The notes: generated by a model not told the origin, from the letters alone. A stretch of DNA of 64,000 bases from Phoronis australis (GCA_002633005.1 NMRA01000035.1:719260-783259); one strand, 5' to 3'. Shown: positions 26,525 to 40,168, counted from the first letter of the stretch. Numbers and translations: made by a program.

Positions 26525-27259
26525 GTTGGTAGTGTTGATTTCTCAACTTTTCTTTGCCTTTGCGAGTCGATGATCATAATGAATATTTTTTTTAGAATTA
26601 TTGTCCTTCAGATTAAATATATTTGTATTTGGACTGATGGTTCGTTCATGTTTTTCTCTGTTGGTTGTTTATCAAGGCTGTAGATAAGTATTGGAAACTT
26701 TGATATTAGAAACGAACAATGTCCGTCGTATTTCTTAGCAAACCTGTGTTAAAGGAGGTGCAACAATTTTTGATGTTACGTTTAGTAGAATTTCTGTGTT
26801 AATTATTGTTCACTGGCATGTATTTGCTATCCGTTAATAGCCCACATCATCTTGGTTCTGCATGCTTTTCCTATTGAACACAGTCTGTGCTGATCATTAG
26901 TGCTTGCTGGAAGAATCAAGATACAATCCGTTCACGTCTTTTTCTTATTGTTCCATGGATTTTACAAACACGCCTTGGGAACAATAACAACATAGACATT
27001 TCTCTCGTAAATAACTAGGGATCTGCATTTTTGCTCAAGGTAACAGCAAAACAAGTTGCTTTCACGTTGAAGGTCTGCCAAATTGACTTGGTGGTGCACA
27101 TAGCAACCCTTAGTCGGACGTGGAAATGTGTTGACCTGTGTTGACCTGTTCACCATTATGCTGTGTGGCAACATGTGCTCTGTGACCGACATTTTTGTAT
27201 TGGCTTGTTGCATGGTTTCATTGGCAACAGTTTTATGTGCAGTGTTGTTTGACTTGCAG

Positions 27260-27373
27260 CAAGGCCTGTACGAGAAGAAGGCTGGTATGGCTAGTAAGCA
27301 GAGGAAAGAACGTAAAAATAAGGACAAGAAGTTCTGGGGTGTCAAGAGAGTTAAGAGAACTAGGGCTGATAAG
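27260..27373 (+). CDS. RPS24: RPS24 exon 4 (QGLYEKKAGMASKQRKERKNKDKKFWGVKRVKRTRADK)
   Basis: Acceptor ttgcag and donor gtatgt; KQRKERKN motif; 114 nt. Confidence 0.95.
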
Positions 27374-27661
27374 GTATGTTTACACCAGTGGTAAAACTAG
27401 TCGAACGTGGCGCTCGCAAAACCACGTTAAGATGCATTCGTTTGGGTAGTCAGTTGGAAATGTTGTTCCTGAAATTCTCCTGTTGTCAGGTGTGCAAGAT
27501 ACTCCAGCTAATGTAATCATTGTTTTCACAACATGAAGTTCAAAGGTGCCTTGGCCTGTTGGGGCAAAAACTTTAGGCCACTAGTATTGAGCACTGCGTT
27601 AGTGGGTTGAAAATGTCAAGATAAAATAAGAGTGAAGCGTTTTACGAAGCCGAAAGTAATA

Positions 27662-29087
27662 CCGTATTCGCCCTAATAAGCGCCCATGCCCCTATAAGTG
27701 CCCCTCTATGCATTTTCAGACTTTGCTAAAATACGCGCCCAGTCCTTGAATGCGTGTATGTGTACCTACAGTAATTCTACAGTAATGTCTTCGATTTATC
27801 AATAAGATCCGACAGTCATGAGAAAATCATTGTGCGCAGAATTTGAAGGCCACGAGCCTCGCTGCTATGTCGGTATTTAGCCGTGACTACGCACTTCAAA
27901 CTTCGCCGTGTTTCAATAAGAACGCAAAAGTTTTGCTGATCTTACGAGGGACGTGTCCTGGTCTGGCCTTTCGGAACAGAAGCAGCGTATCTGTCTACAG
28001 GGTTGTATTGTTTCTTTCCCGTACAGATCTCCCTCAACAGGAATCCAAATGTCTTTGTGTACGTGAAAACCATGAATCGAAAACTAATAAAAACTTGACC
28101 TTTGTTAAAAGCACGTGGCCAGGAAGCGCACGCTACATACGAGTACCTGTCATCGAAGATAAGTCTTCGGGAACTATCTATTCAAGAAAAGGGTAACATA
28201 GCATCGGCAAGAAATAAATACTGGCATTTATTTCCGAAAGTTTCAAGTACCATTAAAAATGTTTGCGTTATTTTTAGGAGGAATTATTAAACTAATTGTA
28301 TTTGGTGTTTTTAAAGCAAAATGACCCACTGATAGTGAACACTTCCACACCCTTACACCCCCCGAATCTCCCGAAAAATAACTGCTAGACTGTCGCGCAT
28401 CCAGTCACCCGGCGACTCAATATCGGCCGAGAAAATTCTCGAACATTTTTTAACAAATGAGATCAGCAAGTGCTAAATACCTTCTGATTTAGTGCTTGTG
28501 TTCGTTTCTTCAGTTAAAATGCACACCTAGATCATTGCAACGTGTTTACTCTAGCAAATGAACTCTGATGACACACACACACGCTCGCTCACTTTCACAC
28601 GCAGGTGAACTTCAAAACAAACATCACGTGACAACAACATATGTGTTCATCCAGGGATTTCTCTCGTGTTGCGGAGTACGATCTAGCCCAGATTTGGACT
28701 TAATATGCAGTTAATCCCGACTCCACTAGAACTAGAATGTTAGGGACGCTATTTTTAAAACTGAAAGGGGACTTCAGGTAATTTGTTGAGTCGAAACTAC
28801 ATTTTTACTCGAGAATTCAGCGATCGCGAGGCAGCGAGCATCATTCAGCGAGTTTTCGCCCTGGGATTTTCTAAAAAATGCTCGTAATTTAGCAACAAAG
28901 TTTGATAGCAACGCTCTGCAATTTTGTAAAAACTGTCATAGGTTACAGGTGCGTCACAGAGGGTAAATTTGATAATTCTAGCTTGCGATTTCACCTGTTT
29001 TGGAGACAACTTAGGGCTATAATAAGCACCCCCTTTCTGAAGAGAGTTTTTCTAAGCTAGCCTAGGTGCTTATTAGGGCGAATACGG
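27662..29087. mobile_element. Tc2/pogo-like non-autonomous element with TA TSD
   Basis: ta|CCGTATTCGCCCTAATAAGC ... GCTTATTAGGGCGAATACGG|ta, a perfect 20-bp TIR. Confidence 0.92.
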
Positions 29088-29247
29088 TACCTATGAGCTC
29101 TGTTTCAACCATAGTATAATAGAAAACAAGAAATGTCTATTTTACAGCTTGATTTTTTACTGTTGTCATTGTGTGAAACGCTATGTTCCCACGTGATAGT
29201 CATATTACCCGTACAACAATCCCTATACCTTTGAGGGACAGAATAAT

Positions 29248-29461
29248 CATGTGCGTACCCAGCCTTCAATGTTGGGGGGCTCGAATTTCTGTCCACTTGC
29301 TGACAAAATATCGGCAGGACTAAAAAAAACGGGGTACTACCTTCAAAACTGTAAACTGTGCATCTGGGTCTTTTTAGTGGACTTTTGCCTCGTTTTCTCG
29401 GAGTTTTTGTTTCTCTGAGGCGGACCTTTTTGCCCACTTCGCCAAATTGGGGTGGNACGCA
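29248..29461 (-). mobile_element. Short dispersed repeat; inverted relative at ~41585-41750
   Basis: Reverse complement of 29370-29450 matches gtgggcaaaaag...cagagaaacaaaaactcc...caaaagtccactaaaaag at 41670-41745. Confidence 0.7.
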
Positions 29462-29920
29462 TAATTGTCTTAATGTTGGTGAATCAAGGATTTGTCTTGT
29501 GTTAGAAAGTGTTCAATAAGTCATTAATCATTGTGGTCCGGTAAAATGTCACTGATTTAAGGCACATTGTGGTGGGCAAGTGAAATGTTATTCTGGTGTA
29601 AAGGACAATCATGGAGCATAGAATGGATGCTACCAGCAGAAAATGTGAAAAAATGTGAGCACAACAATGTTAGAACACGTCGAAAACAGAAAATGGTAAT
29701 TTTGACAATTATTTTCGTCTGAAATTGCGACCTCTTAGATAAGGGGGCATCTAAAGGTCATTGTGTAAAACCAGGAATACCCTTTTTGGGGAGAGGGTCG
29801 GGTCTTGTTTGCGAGTTGCCTAAAGGTGGAAATAGACATGGGTGTTATGTTGTTAAACTCTATGTACGGGTATGAAGTCGGAGGAAAGATCAATAAAAAC
29901 GTTTCTGTTTTCTATTGCAG

Positions 29921-29926
29921 TCGTAA
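29921..29926 (+). CDS. RPS24: RPS24 probable terminal exon coding part (S-stop)
   Basis: Strong acceptor tttctgttttctattgcag|TCG TAA; AATAAA at 30018-30023. Confidence 0.7.
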   Translation, partial: S

Positions 29927-31835
29927 GCTGTGGTGTGGTGGACAACACGACAGACTCTTGTTTCTCAAGGACTATGAAGTGGTTAGGCTCATTTGTCTGT
30001 CAACTGTAAAAATTAATAATAAAAAAATCTATAAAAGTCAGTATTTCTCATGGTTTCTATTTTCCCTTCCACGAGTCCAAGAAATAATGTTCAAAATTTT
30101 GATACAGCAAGAAGTGGAAAACAAAACTGACGCTAGTGTGCAGCATGAAAGAGTGATTTGCATTGAGCTTTCTGTACCGATATTTTGTTCCATTTTACAT
30201 CAGGATATTTGCCTAATGTCAAAATGTTTTTGTTCTGTATTTATGTTTTTAGTTTTCACTTCAGGATTACAATCGAGATTTAATTTCCGTGTCACCCTAT
30301 TCAGCTGGCTTAAACGAAATTTGAATTGTCTTTTACTGTCATAAAACAGATTTAGTAATATTCCATACTTAAGTCTCGTAGGCAGTGTGCCATTTTGTAA
30401 TGTGCAATTTTAGGGTTGGCGAACCTCAATAAACAATTGTTTTCTTTAGTCTCTGATGGTTTGATGCACTTGTTTGTAATGGCAATGGAATCCTGTCTAA
30501 TATTACAAACGATTTATGAGAGTATAGGGCCCAATATGATTTCTTTAGCCCGTTAAACTGAGCAAATTCAGTAGGCTGAAAATCAAATTGGGCCCTTTAC
30601 TTTCATAAAAGCGATATAATAATCCTTACTTGGACAGGATTCTATTTGTGTTGCATACAAGAACATGGAAATCATCGGTGACTCAAGAAAACGTTGAGTC
30701 TGCTGAGGTTGGCCAAGATTGCAAATTTGAAAATGGTGCATGTGCATATTACATATGTAATGCGATCCTTGCACAATTGTGAGAATGATTTTATGAGAAA
30801 AGACTCGATGCAATTTTTGCTTTTAGCCAACTAAAACCAGCAAAATCTCGCAACAAAATGTTGAAACCTGTTAAACCAAGAAATCTGAAAAGAACCAATT
30901 CTGAAAATCATTGTATTCCCAAAAATTGCCATTATACAATCCTAATATGCGAGATGTCACTTGGCATAAATTTGTGTCCCCTTTTTTCAAGACAAGTTGC
31001 AACATACAAATTTGCGTTCATTTTTTTGAAGTCTACAGTCGTTTCAGTTCTGTAGTGAAATCGTATTTTCAACTGAACTGTTGATGCGTGGTGCCTATTA
31101 ATGGCAAGTAATGGGGTTTTACTGCCAAAAAGCCGTTTTTGGGGATTTTTGTTGAATGAGATGGGACTTCTTGGAAGTTACTAACTACGACCAGAGCTAT
31201 AAAACAACTGAATCTGTTGTGTACTAGTCATTTTATTACAAATCGCCAATTCTCATCGTCTGCCAGACGGCTGAATTCAAGGCTCTTGTCTACCATTTTT
31301 AATACTCTGCCAGTTCTAAGAGTACGATTTAACTCCCCCAGGGTTTGGCTGCAACGCAACAGCCAAGGTCGCAGGTTTGATTCCGCGCAGAGGATTATTT
31401 TCGAAAATATCTTCCTGCTACTCATGTCACTTTAATTAGTCAGCTCGTAAAACGGTTGCAGTTCCCACAATCCAAACACGTGCCTTGTTGCATAAGAAAT
31501 AAACACCAAAAAAATCTACAGTGTAATTGGTACCTACATCTGCAAAACGTCTCGAATGTCATTGTAGATATTAATAATCAGTGTCAACTCAAAAATGGAA
31601 GGCACAATTATTGAAATTACGTCTTGAGCTTAGCAGCATTTGGCGAAATCTGCCAGCTAAGAACATTGCAGAAACGGGTATTCGAATGCCGCTGTTTTCA
31701 GTGGGTTATTCCCACAAGTAGGTCTTTTTTCTTGAGGCTGAAACCAGATGGCGCCACAGACTGGAATTGTGATTTTTAAAATAATCTAAAAAGCTCCGCA
31801 TAAAATGTGTTACGTATTAGGAAGTCATTCTTTCA

Positions 31836-32024
31836 CTAAGTTCTGTCCTGTCTTGACTTCACTCTGTACCTTGTCTTTGCTACGGACATCATATCCTTGA
31901 ACGGTGTGAGGCTGTCCGAAGGTAATGCGGGTAGACGAATGACACGGCGTATAGAGGGCAGCTTCATCATCACATTCTGTGACAGACCGACAGCACTGGA
32001 GCAGAACCAATACCAGCACATACT
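31836..32024 (-). CDS. COX18: COX18 last exon (SMCWYWFCSSAVGLSQN...SDSLTPFKD...stop)
   Basis: YW..SS..GLSQN and SDS.TP.KD motifs; acceptor ttcacag; TAG stop. Confidence 0.95.
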   Translation of the reverse strand, partial: SMCWYWFCSSAVGLSQNVMMKLPSIRRVIRLPALPSDSLTPFKDMMSVAKTRYRVKSRQDRT

Positions 32025-33323
32025 CTGTGAATGACAACAACAGTAACATGAACATTTTATTATATATGGTTCCAAGGTGCCATAAACCCACCTTTTGTTA
32101 TGAATAGGCTGTCAACTTCAAGAATAGAAATTACTTCTGGACTTGGGAAGAACTGACTAGTTGTTAGATGAGAATTTGCCCACGGCATAAGATGGGCCTC
32201 TGAGTTAGGCCAACCTTTTGAATCTGATGGATGAGAATTTGCTTTGAGCATAAAATGAGCCACTGGATAGCCAACTTGTTGAATTTGATTTCGAGCACTG
32301 ACAAACTGTCAATTCTTCTGAAGCCCAAAAGTCACCTCTAAGCTGAGCAAGACCAAGATAACTGTAAGCGGTTCAACCTAGTTATTAAATCAAGGCAGGG
32401 TTATAGTAGCTTTGTACAGAAACACATTCAGTACCATTGTCGTAAACGCATATTCAAACTTCTCTTCACTGAATCTAACATCTGCAGTATTAATGGTCCC
32501 TCACTGGAACTCATGATTTTAATACAACATTGACGTGGGGCATTAAAAATACTTTAAAACAAAAATTTCACACTTACGAGACCAGCATTTTTCATGAAAC
32601 CATTTCTAATTTTAGACACCGTTTTATTAATGTTCCTTCATGCTCAGATTTTATTCAAAATCACAAATGTGACTCCACAGTTTGATAAAAAATACCAGCG
32701 TCTTAGGCGTTAATGTAATTGGCACAGAACATATAAATCAACATTAAGTGAAATACAGGGTAACAACAAAGATGTAATGGCGTGTCCTTGATTTCATCAA
32801 CAAAATCGTGGTAAATAAAGACGGAATGTAAATGCAACCAAATCCAGATCCTGATATGCAGTAAGGTAAATGCTGTTATTTAAAACGGAGAATACGTAAA
32901 ATTTTGTTCATTTCCAGTTCTAAGGGAATATAAAGACGTTTTTTTTAGGACTGCTGTAAATAAGAATGTTGATCGTTCACAATTTTCAGCAAATTCAGGG
33001 TACAAAACATACACTCTTTCCCCCAACCCCTGAAACCGTACAAAATATCTGTTTTTAATGGATATTTACTTTAGGGAGAACGTTCTGTCTCACAGAATTG
33101 AATTTGGCGTATTTACTTAATTTTGAAACTATTTTCAGCCTTATGTAATTTTTTATAGAAATAATATTAACCATTCTTCAAAAAAGTATTGTTACGCTAT
33201 CAGTAAGTGGCACATTGAAACACTGTGTCTGATGGGCCGAATGACTGTTGTATTAGTTATACAGGTTTAACTGATCACCACAGATGCTATGCAGCCAAGG
33301 TAGAATATTGAAAATCAGCCTCC

Positions 33324-33463
33324 CGTTCAGTAACGCTAGGACCTCGCTAAAAAGCAAGACTTCGCGAGATTACGTGAGACATTGCGGTGTATTTTAAATG
33401 AGAACACGTGACTTTGACTAGGTTTTAGCTAGGTCCTAGCATAGGTCCTAGCGTCTACTGAAC
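33324..33463. mobile_element. Small MITE
   Basis: Inverted termini cgttcagtaacgctaggacct / aggtcctagcgtctactgaacg. Confidence 0.7.
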
Positions 33464-34013
33464 GCACGCCAGCTGTTATCTGGGATGCTGAGCACAATAA
33501 TGAGAACAGGAAAGGAAGACGGTTTTCTCCAACAGACTGATATTTACAGAACTAGCTCACTGCACCACATTTCCTTTTTGAGGAATTACTATAATCTGTC
33601 AATTTGAAACTGAAATCGAATAAAAGGGTTCAAAGTACATTTCATAGGAAGTAACATTCGTCATGATATTGAACAGAGATGCCTGCAAAAAGGTTACCAT
33701 ATTCTCCTTAATTGTAGCCTATGCTTTAACTTCAACCCTGATTTTTGTCTGTGCACTGACATGAAAAATGAAAAGATTCCCTTTATTTTGTTGTAATAAA
33801 AAAATACAGAATATAACGCACTGAATTTCGTCTTTCTGTTTTGCAATTTTGATACCGTCACAAGCAAACGACAAAAGCATATCTCAAGTCTACCTTCATA
33901 CAGAATAAGTTACATACACCTATGAAAATGGCGACAAGCGTGAACTGTCCCTACAGTTATTGACAGTACAAGAAATCTAGGATGATTGAGCAAAAAACAA
34001 GACGGTTGCTTAC

Positions 34014-34121
34014 ACTGGGTACAATGGATCCAATTGGAATCATAAGGAGACTGAGACCACGGAGGGCATTAGTGATGTACCTTTGTAGTTTTGTTCTCTC
34101 GCCAGGTCGAAGGGTTTGAAT
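34014..34121 (-). CDS. COX18: COX18 exon (IQTLRPGERTKLQRYITNALRGLSLLMIPIGSIVPS)
   Basis: Matches the COX18 YIT...R..S.LMIPI...VPS segment; 108 nt; AG/GT. The preceding GG.LWF.DLT exon is not visible and probably lies in the gap at 34936-35233. Confidence 0.94.
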
Positions 34122-35233
34122 CTGTAAATGTAAACAGTTGAAACAGTAATAAACCCAAACAATACACAACTGTGTTTGTAGTAATTTCATGTCACAAAGT
34201 GAAAGACGGTCCAAAACATATAGACATAATGGAAAAATACGCCCTAAAGCTGCATTTTCCCCGTTTATCTGCCAATGTTGAATTCTATACCAAAACGCTT
34301 TGGGGTTTGGAAACATTAAACCATGCTCATTCTATCATAAATCATTGCCGAATGAGCCAGCAACAGCAACTCGAGTCACAGGAAACATGCGCCATTTTGG
34401 AATCCACAATTTTAGGGTTGGCTAATCCAATAAACTTTGAGGTATTCGCAATAATTTTGATGTTCTTGTTGATAACGGAAATAGAATCCTATCACAGTAA
34501 GGAATACCACGAGATAGATTTCATGAGACTAAAAGGTTTTACTCGATTTTCGGTTTTTAACAGTTTATCGGAGCAAATGCAGCTTTAACTGGTCTTTGTG
34601 ACGAGGTCAAATGAGGATCGGTGCAATGCACGAAGATCACAAGGACTCATGAAGCAATGGTTCTAGTGAGAAAGTATGTATACATATATGCAGTCATGTA
34701 TCCTTCTAACACCCTAATTTGATGGAGAGCTTTCATAATCTATCAGATAATAAAAAGAACCCATTCTCCATCAGCACCACCGAGTGAGTATCAAGTCTGT
34801 CATTGTCTACAAGTAGCAAAAAGATGTGAGGTGTTGGCAGACCCAAGCCGATTCAAACTAATGAAATAAAGTACCAAAGTTTTGCTTGTTTAATGAAGAA
34901 AAGTCCACAGGAGACAGGATCCAATTAAACCCCCANNNNNNNNNNNNNNNNNNNNNNNNNNNNNNNNNNNNNNNNNNNNNNNNNNNNNNNNNNNNNNNNN
35001 NNNNNNNNNNNNNNNNNNNNNNNNNNNNNNNNNNNNNNNNNNNNNNNNNNNNNNNNNNNNNNNNNNNNNNNNNNNNNNNNNNNNNNNNNNNNNNNNNNNN
35101 NNNNNNNNNNNNNNNNNNNNNNNNNNNNNNNNNNNNNNNNNNNNNNNNNNNNNNNNNNNNNNNNNNNNNNNNNNNNNNNNNNNNNNNNNNNNNNNNNNNN
35201 NNNNNNNNNNNNNNNNNNNNNNNNNNNNNNNNN

Positions 35234-36868
35234 TATGCGAGCTGAGTTTTTACACTTCTCGGCAGATACCTGGCAAATATAAATCAACTCTTATTAACTC
35301 GACAGTTATTTGGTTGTTGCCAAATCCAAATTCAAAAGAATACTAACCGAAAACAGCCCGATGACTTGTAAGCAAGTCGCGTGAACATAGGATATGCAGA
35401 ATCGATCTTTGACGCATTTCATTGGCTAACATTTTCGGCCACTTTTGCAAATTTCCGGATTCACCAAAGAAATTTACGGGCCACTGCATAACACGTGATA
35501 AAACGTCACAAAACAGCGGTGTTTCTACTAATTCTTAAGCGTTCAACTTACTAAACTTTTGGAGGACAAATATGTTCATTTTTCGCATAAGATGTCCTTA
35601 TTACATGTACAATATCCCTGATATCGCACTGCGGCACTGGTCGGTGCCGTTGTTGGCACGCAAGAGGTCCCGGAAGACAATCATGAATTAGAGATGTGAG
35701 CCTGGTTTTTTATCGCCGAAGTAAAAATGGCAACCCTATAAATCGCCAAACGACGGCCACGACTTTACTTTCAGTTGCCAAGAAATTCTCAAACCCCTTT
35801 TAATTGTTTCTGGGGCTACGTGCGCGAAATATGATTTGTCTTTCACACGTTGTTGCCAATGTAAAGTGTAGGCCTACTCCACCGATTCAAATGCGTGAAC
35901 TCACGCGTACGCACCACTTCAAAGGTGCACATGAAAAGGGAACAGTGACAGTCCTAACTGAAAGAGTATAACCGGCTAGGCTCTGTTAAGCACCCGGGTA
36001 CATGCCATTGGTTTATTTCAAAATAAACTCATGTATTACCGGCAGTTATAAAAAACCCAATGCTTTACGATATTCCTCGGAACCGATATACCCGGTAACC
36101 CAGAACTGATATTTTCCTTTGACCATGTTTCCTGAGGTCGATGTTCCCTTAGCCAGCTATTGCAACACTGGGTACTAGATGCGAAATTGTGGTTATTCTT
36201 CTCTTCATACACTAGAGGCTATTCATTTCATGGAAAACTAATTGTTGAGTACGTAAACAGCATAGGTACCACATTTTTGTTATCAAATTTTCACTGAATT
36301 GTTCCCGCGCATCCAAATATGTCATTCGGTTAGAGCATCGTTTCACGAATATTTTTCGACAGATATTTTTGAAACGTCGAGTTTACTTGCAAAATTTGGG
36401 CTGCGAACAAAAAGTGGAGGGAATTTGCACTCCCAGTTAATTTGGATTTTTAACGACTTTGATGACAGCCAGTAGCAGGACAGGCCTAGCAAAATCGCGA
36501 CTACTTTTTCAACAGGTATTTTTTCCCTTTTCACATCGCAAACTTAGTTACTCGAATGCACGTGTCAGTTAGAGAGCACTGATTCAACTTTCACGTCTGC
36601 AATATGCCTTGCGTTCTAGAGCATTTCAATGGTGGTTGTGAACAGTAATGCAGTATCTGCATGAACGAACTCAATTTTGAGACATGCAATTGGTGAGTAT
36701 TAAACGCTACAGGTAGCATAATCTAAACATTTTCTTGATGATCTACAAAATCAATTCTGGCACGTAAAAATGGAAAAATTTTGCGACCTGGCATTTATAA
36801 ATGCGAGGTGAATTTTGAAAATGCGACCTGGGATTTTGGCTAGGTCGCAAAATAGCGTCGAGCCCTGA
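35234..36868. mobile_element. Non-autonomous hAT-like DNA transposon, copy 2 (left end lost in gap)
   Basis: Homologous to 17080-18956; right end agcgtcgagccctg (CAGGGCT-type TIR). Confidence 0.78.
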
Positions 36869-37353
36869 TTTAGTAAAAGCGAAAGTATTTCATATCTTAA
36901 TCTTAGATGTCCAATTAGCTGTACATTTAAGCAAGAAACATACTAGTCTCTGCAGAATATTCAATCATAGAACCAAATCCCAAACATTGAGTAGCAGAGC
37001 ACTTAAGCATATTTATGTAGTAAAAACACCGACCTTCATTTCAGCGAATCTCAGTAAGACAACAATGAAAATTGGCGATTTGTACTAAAGTCACAGAAAC
37101 ACAGTCAATGGATTTTGTTGTTATATAGATCCAGTCAATGCTAATACTTTCAAGAAGGTTGTCCCATCCAACAATGATCCCAAAAATGTATTTTTCGGCC
37201 TTCACACAGATGATATTCCTTTGAATCCTGCATTTGAAATCCCAACCTATGTATAGAACAATAAAAAGTTGTACACACATTAACACTGCAGATCCTGTTC
37301 AGAAAATAAAACACCACTATGATATTAATGTTTCTTTAGTAGCTAGTACTCAC

Positions 37354-37501
37354 TCTCATTTGCAACGACCCAGCCACCACTCATGTTACGTAATGCAATC
37401 GACATGGAGATCCACAGTGGTAACTGGATCCAGGCAACGACGGAGATCTTGAACGGATGACAGTTGTCTCGGATGTACAATTCACGCACTAGTCGCTTCA
37501 T
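37354..37501 (-). CDS. COX18: COX18 exon (MKRLVRELYIRDNCHPFK...WIQLPLWISMSIALRNM)
   Basis: COX18 signature LYIRDNCHPFK and QLPLW; acceptor atctag, donor gtgagt. Confidence 0.96.
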
Positions 37502-38007
37502 CTAGATTTTAGACAAAATACTGGTCAAAGATGGTGCATTTGCAAGAGGGTTTAGATATAAACACCGCAGCCTTATGAACACCTGTTGCTTTTCCATGAC
37601 AGTGAGTTGATGGCATACACCAAACCGTAAATTTTAAAGGCATACTTTCTGAATTTACAGCAACTGGACAAAATATTGTTTTTTCGTTGTGACAGCTAAT
37701 GCTTTTAACAGCAAAAAATTAAAGTGAATTACTATTAGGGTTATAAAATTCTAATTACAGAGTGGCTTACCCACCTACCAAACTTACCTGCTACATCCCC
37801 TTCATTCTCGGTCATGACAATCAATTTGTCTTCCGCCTAGCACTCATGATGGGGAATTCTGGTAATTTTGTCTGAATATTTTTGGCTTGTACAGTAGATC
37901 TAACCTAGAGATTTCTAAAAGCACTAATATTTCCAGCAATTAACACAAGTACCTTACTCGTAAGAGTATTCAGTACGCAAACCACTTGACTAGGTTATTA
38001 CACTTAC

Positions 38008-38670
38008 AGAAAAATCAAATCTGGCTCTGGCTTTCTTCTCACTCCAGTTAAACTGCTTGACAGCCCGAGCCGTCTCAATGCTGAGTTCTTTAGCTAACTG
38101 TTTGATCTCAGGTTGAAGAAGTTCCACACGGGCCAAGATATACTGGGAATAGATGGCAAAGGGTAACGTCACAAACGAACGCAGTGCAAACGTTGTCAAC
38201 ATTATACTGGCCCACCACGGTAGGCCTGTGTAAGTGTGCACCCATTCTAAAAGCCGCTGGGCATACGCAAAAGGTGTGAGATCCGGTGAAAACCAATTGT
38301 TGTAGGTTTCACGAGAAAATGTCCGTGTCTGAGTAAATACATTATGCCCTGAACAGACAGGATCCACATTTGACCGTGATATACTGTGGTAATGTCTCCG
38401 ATGTGATCTACTACATAGTAAGTTGACAGATTGTGGTTGAGCTACACCGAGGAGGTGTTTTTGTACATACAGAACATTCCTATTGTTCACGTGATGTTCA
38501 GCTACATTTGTCAACTTTGTTCTTGATCTCTCTGATTCACTGTGTCCAGAAATTGTCTGCCACGTATTTGTCCTTAGATACTGCTCACATGTGCAGACAT
38601 GCCTGCTGTAGTTTGACAAAACGTTGCTTCCGTGTCTCTCCCAACTAGCTATGTGCGATAATAGTCGCAT
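38008..38670 (-). CDS. COX18: COX18 (Oxa1/YidC family insertase) first coding exon
   Basis: MRLLSH... presequence-like start, then HTYTGLPWWASIMLTTFALRSFVTLPFAIY motif; donor gtaagt; 663 nt; in-frame stop upstream of this ATG. Confidence 0.93.
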
Positions 38671-39241
38671 GTTTCTGGATACTTCCACAGGCTTAAATGA
38701 CGAACACTATGCTTCATTGATTTTGACACCTCCTGAAAATTAAAACCAAAAATATTTTTAACAAATATAGAAATTTAAAAATGCAATAAATAAATAGTGG
38801 GCATTGGTAAAATATAGTGGTCCCAGGGTTCTGTATCCTTCTCAAAATATGGGATAACACATTCTACCACTTATTAGTATATCGCATACATTTGCACTAA
38901 TGCCAAGATCAGCCCCGAGTTTGCTGGCAGTGATGTATGTAAGTTCAGCCGAGACTATAGGAGCCATTGAATATTACCTATTTTGTGCCACCTAAGAACT
39001 CTATCCAAGTACTCTGGTCAATCCCACCAGGCCTGACCAGGGGCAGGGGCAGCAAAGCGACTATGCCAGCCATACTGATGAAATCATAGGCGTCCTTAGC
39101 TTTTGGTCGTCCCGATATACTTTCCTGGGGTGCACAGGGGACGGAAGCTAAGGATGCCTGTGGCTGAAATGAGGCAGAAATGACCATGGCATGTCATGAT
39201 GACAGGACTTTTCAGCTGTCTACAAAGCAGTCTACACTCTN

Positions 39242-40168
39242 AAATGTCCGTGTCTGAGTAAATACATTATGCCCTGAACAGACAGGATCCACATTTGACC
39301 GTGATATACTGTGGTAATGTCTCCGATGTGATCTACTACATAGTAAGTTGACAGATTGTGGTTGAGCTACACCGAGGAGGTGTTTTTGTACATACAGAAC
39401 ATTCCTATTGTTCACGTGATGTTCAGCTACATTTGTCAACTTTGTTCTTGATCTCTCTGATTCACTGTGTCCAGAAATTGTCTGCCACGTATTTGTCCTT
39501 AGATACTGCTCACATGTGCAGACATGCCTGCTGTAGTTTGACAAAACGTTGCTTCCGTGTCTCTCCCAACTAGCTATGTGCGATAATAGTCGCATGTTTC
39601 TGGATACTTCCACAGGCTTAAATGACGAACACTATGCTTCATTGATTTTGACACCTCCTGAAAATTAAAACCAAAAATATTTTTAACAAATATACGAAAT
39701 TTAAAAATGCAATAAATAAATAGTGGGCATTGGTAAAATATAGTGGTCCCAGGGTTCTGTATCCTTCTCAAAATATTCATTCTACCACTTATTAGTATAT
39801 CGCATATATTTGCACTAATGCCAAGATCAGCCCCGAGTTTGCTGGCAGTGATGTATGTAAGTTCAGCTGAGACTATATGAGCCATTGAATATTACCTATT
39901 TTGTGCCACCTAAGAACTCTATCCAAGTACTCTGGTCAAGCCCACCAGGCCTGACCAGGGGCAGGGGCAGGGGCAGCAAAGCGACTATGCCAGCCATACT
40001 GATGAAATCACAGGCGTCCTTAGCTTTTGATCGTCCCGATACACTTTCCTGGGGTGCACAGGGGACGGTCAGAAGCTAAGGACGCCTGTGGCCGAAATGA
40101 GGCAGAAATGACCATGGTATGTCATGATGACAGGACTTTTCAGCTGTCTACAAAGCAGTCTACACTCT
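39242..40168 (+). repeat. Near-identical tandem duplicate of 38317-39240, including the 5' half of the COX18 first coding exon
   Basis: Direct repeat joined at a single N (39241) with few SNPs and indels; likely an uncollapsed haplotype. Confidence 0.9.

Noticed and set aside
26563-26928. Additional snoRNAs in RPS24 intron 3 (ATGATCA...CTGA; hairpin followed by ACA)
   Set aside because: Box C is mismatched with a G-U-rich stem, and no valid H box (ANANNA) was found for the H/ACA candidate.
29805-30344. 179-aa ORF
   Set aside because: Overlaps the RPS24 last intron, terminal exon and 3'UTR; no recognisable protein features.
34886-35287. ORFs spanning N gaps (also 60075-60714)
   Set aside because: Open only because of runs of N.
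39212-39613. Second COX18 gene
   Set aside because: Truncated at a single N and near-identical to the neighbouring copy; probably an uncollapsed haplotype.
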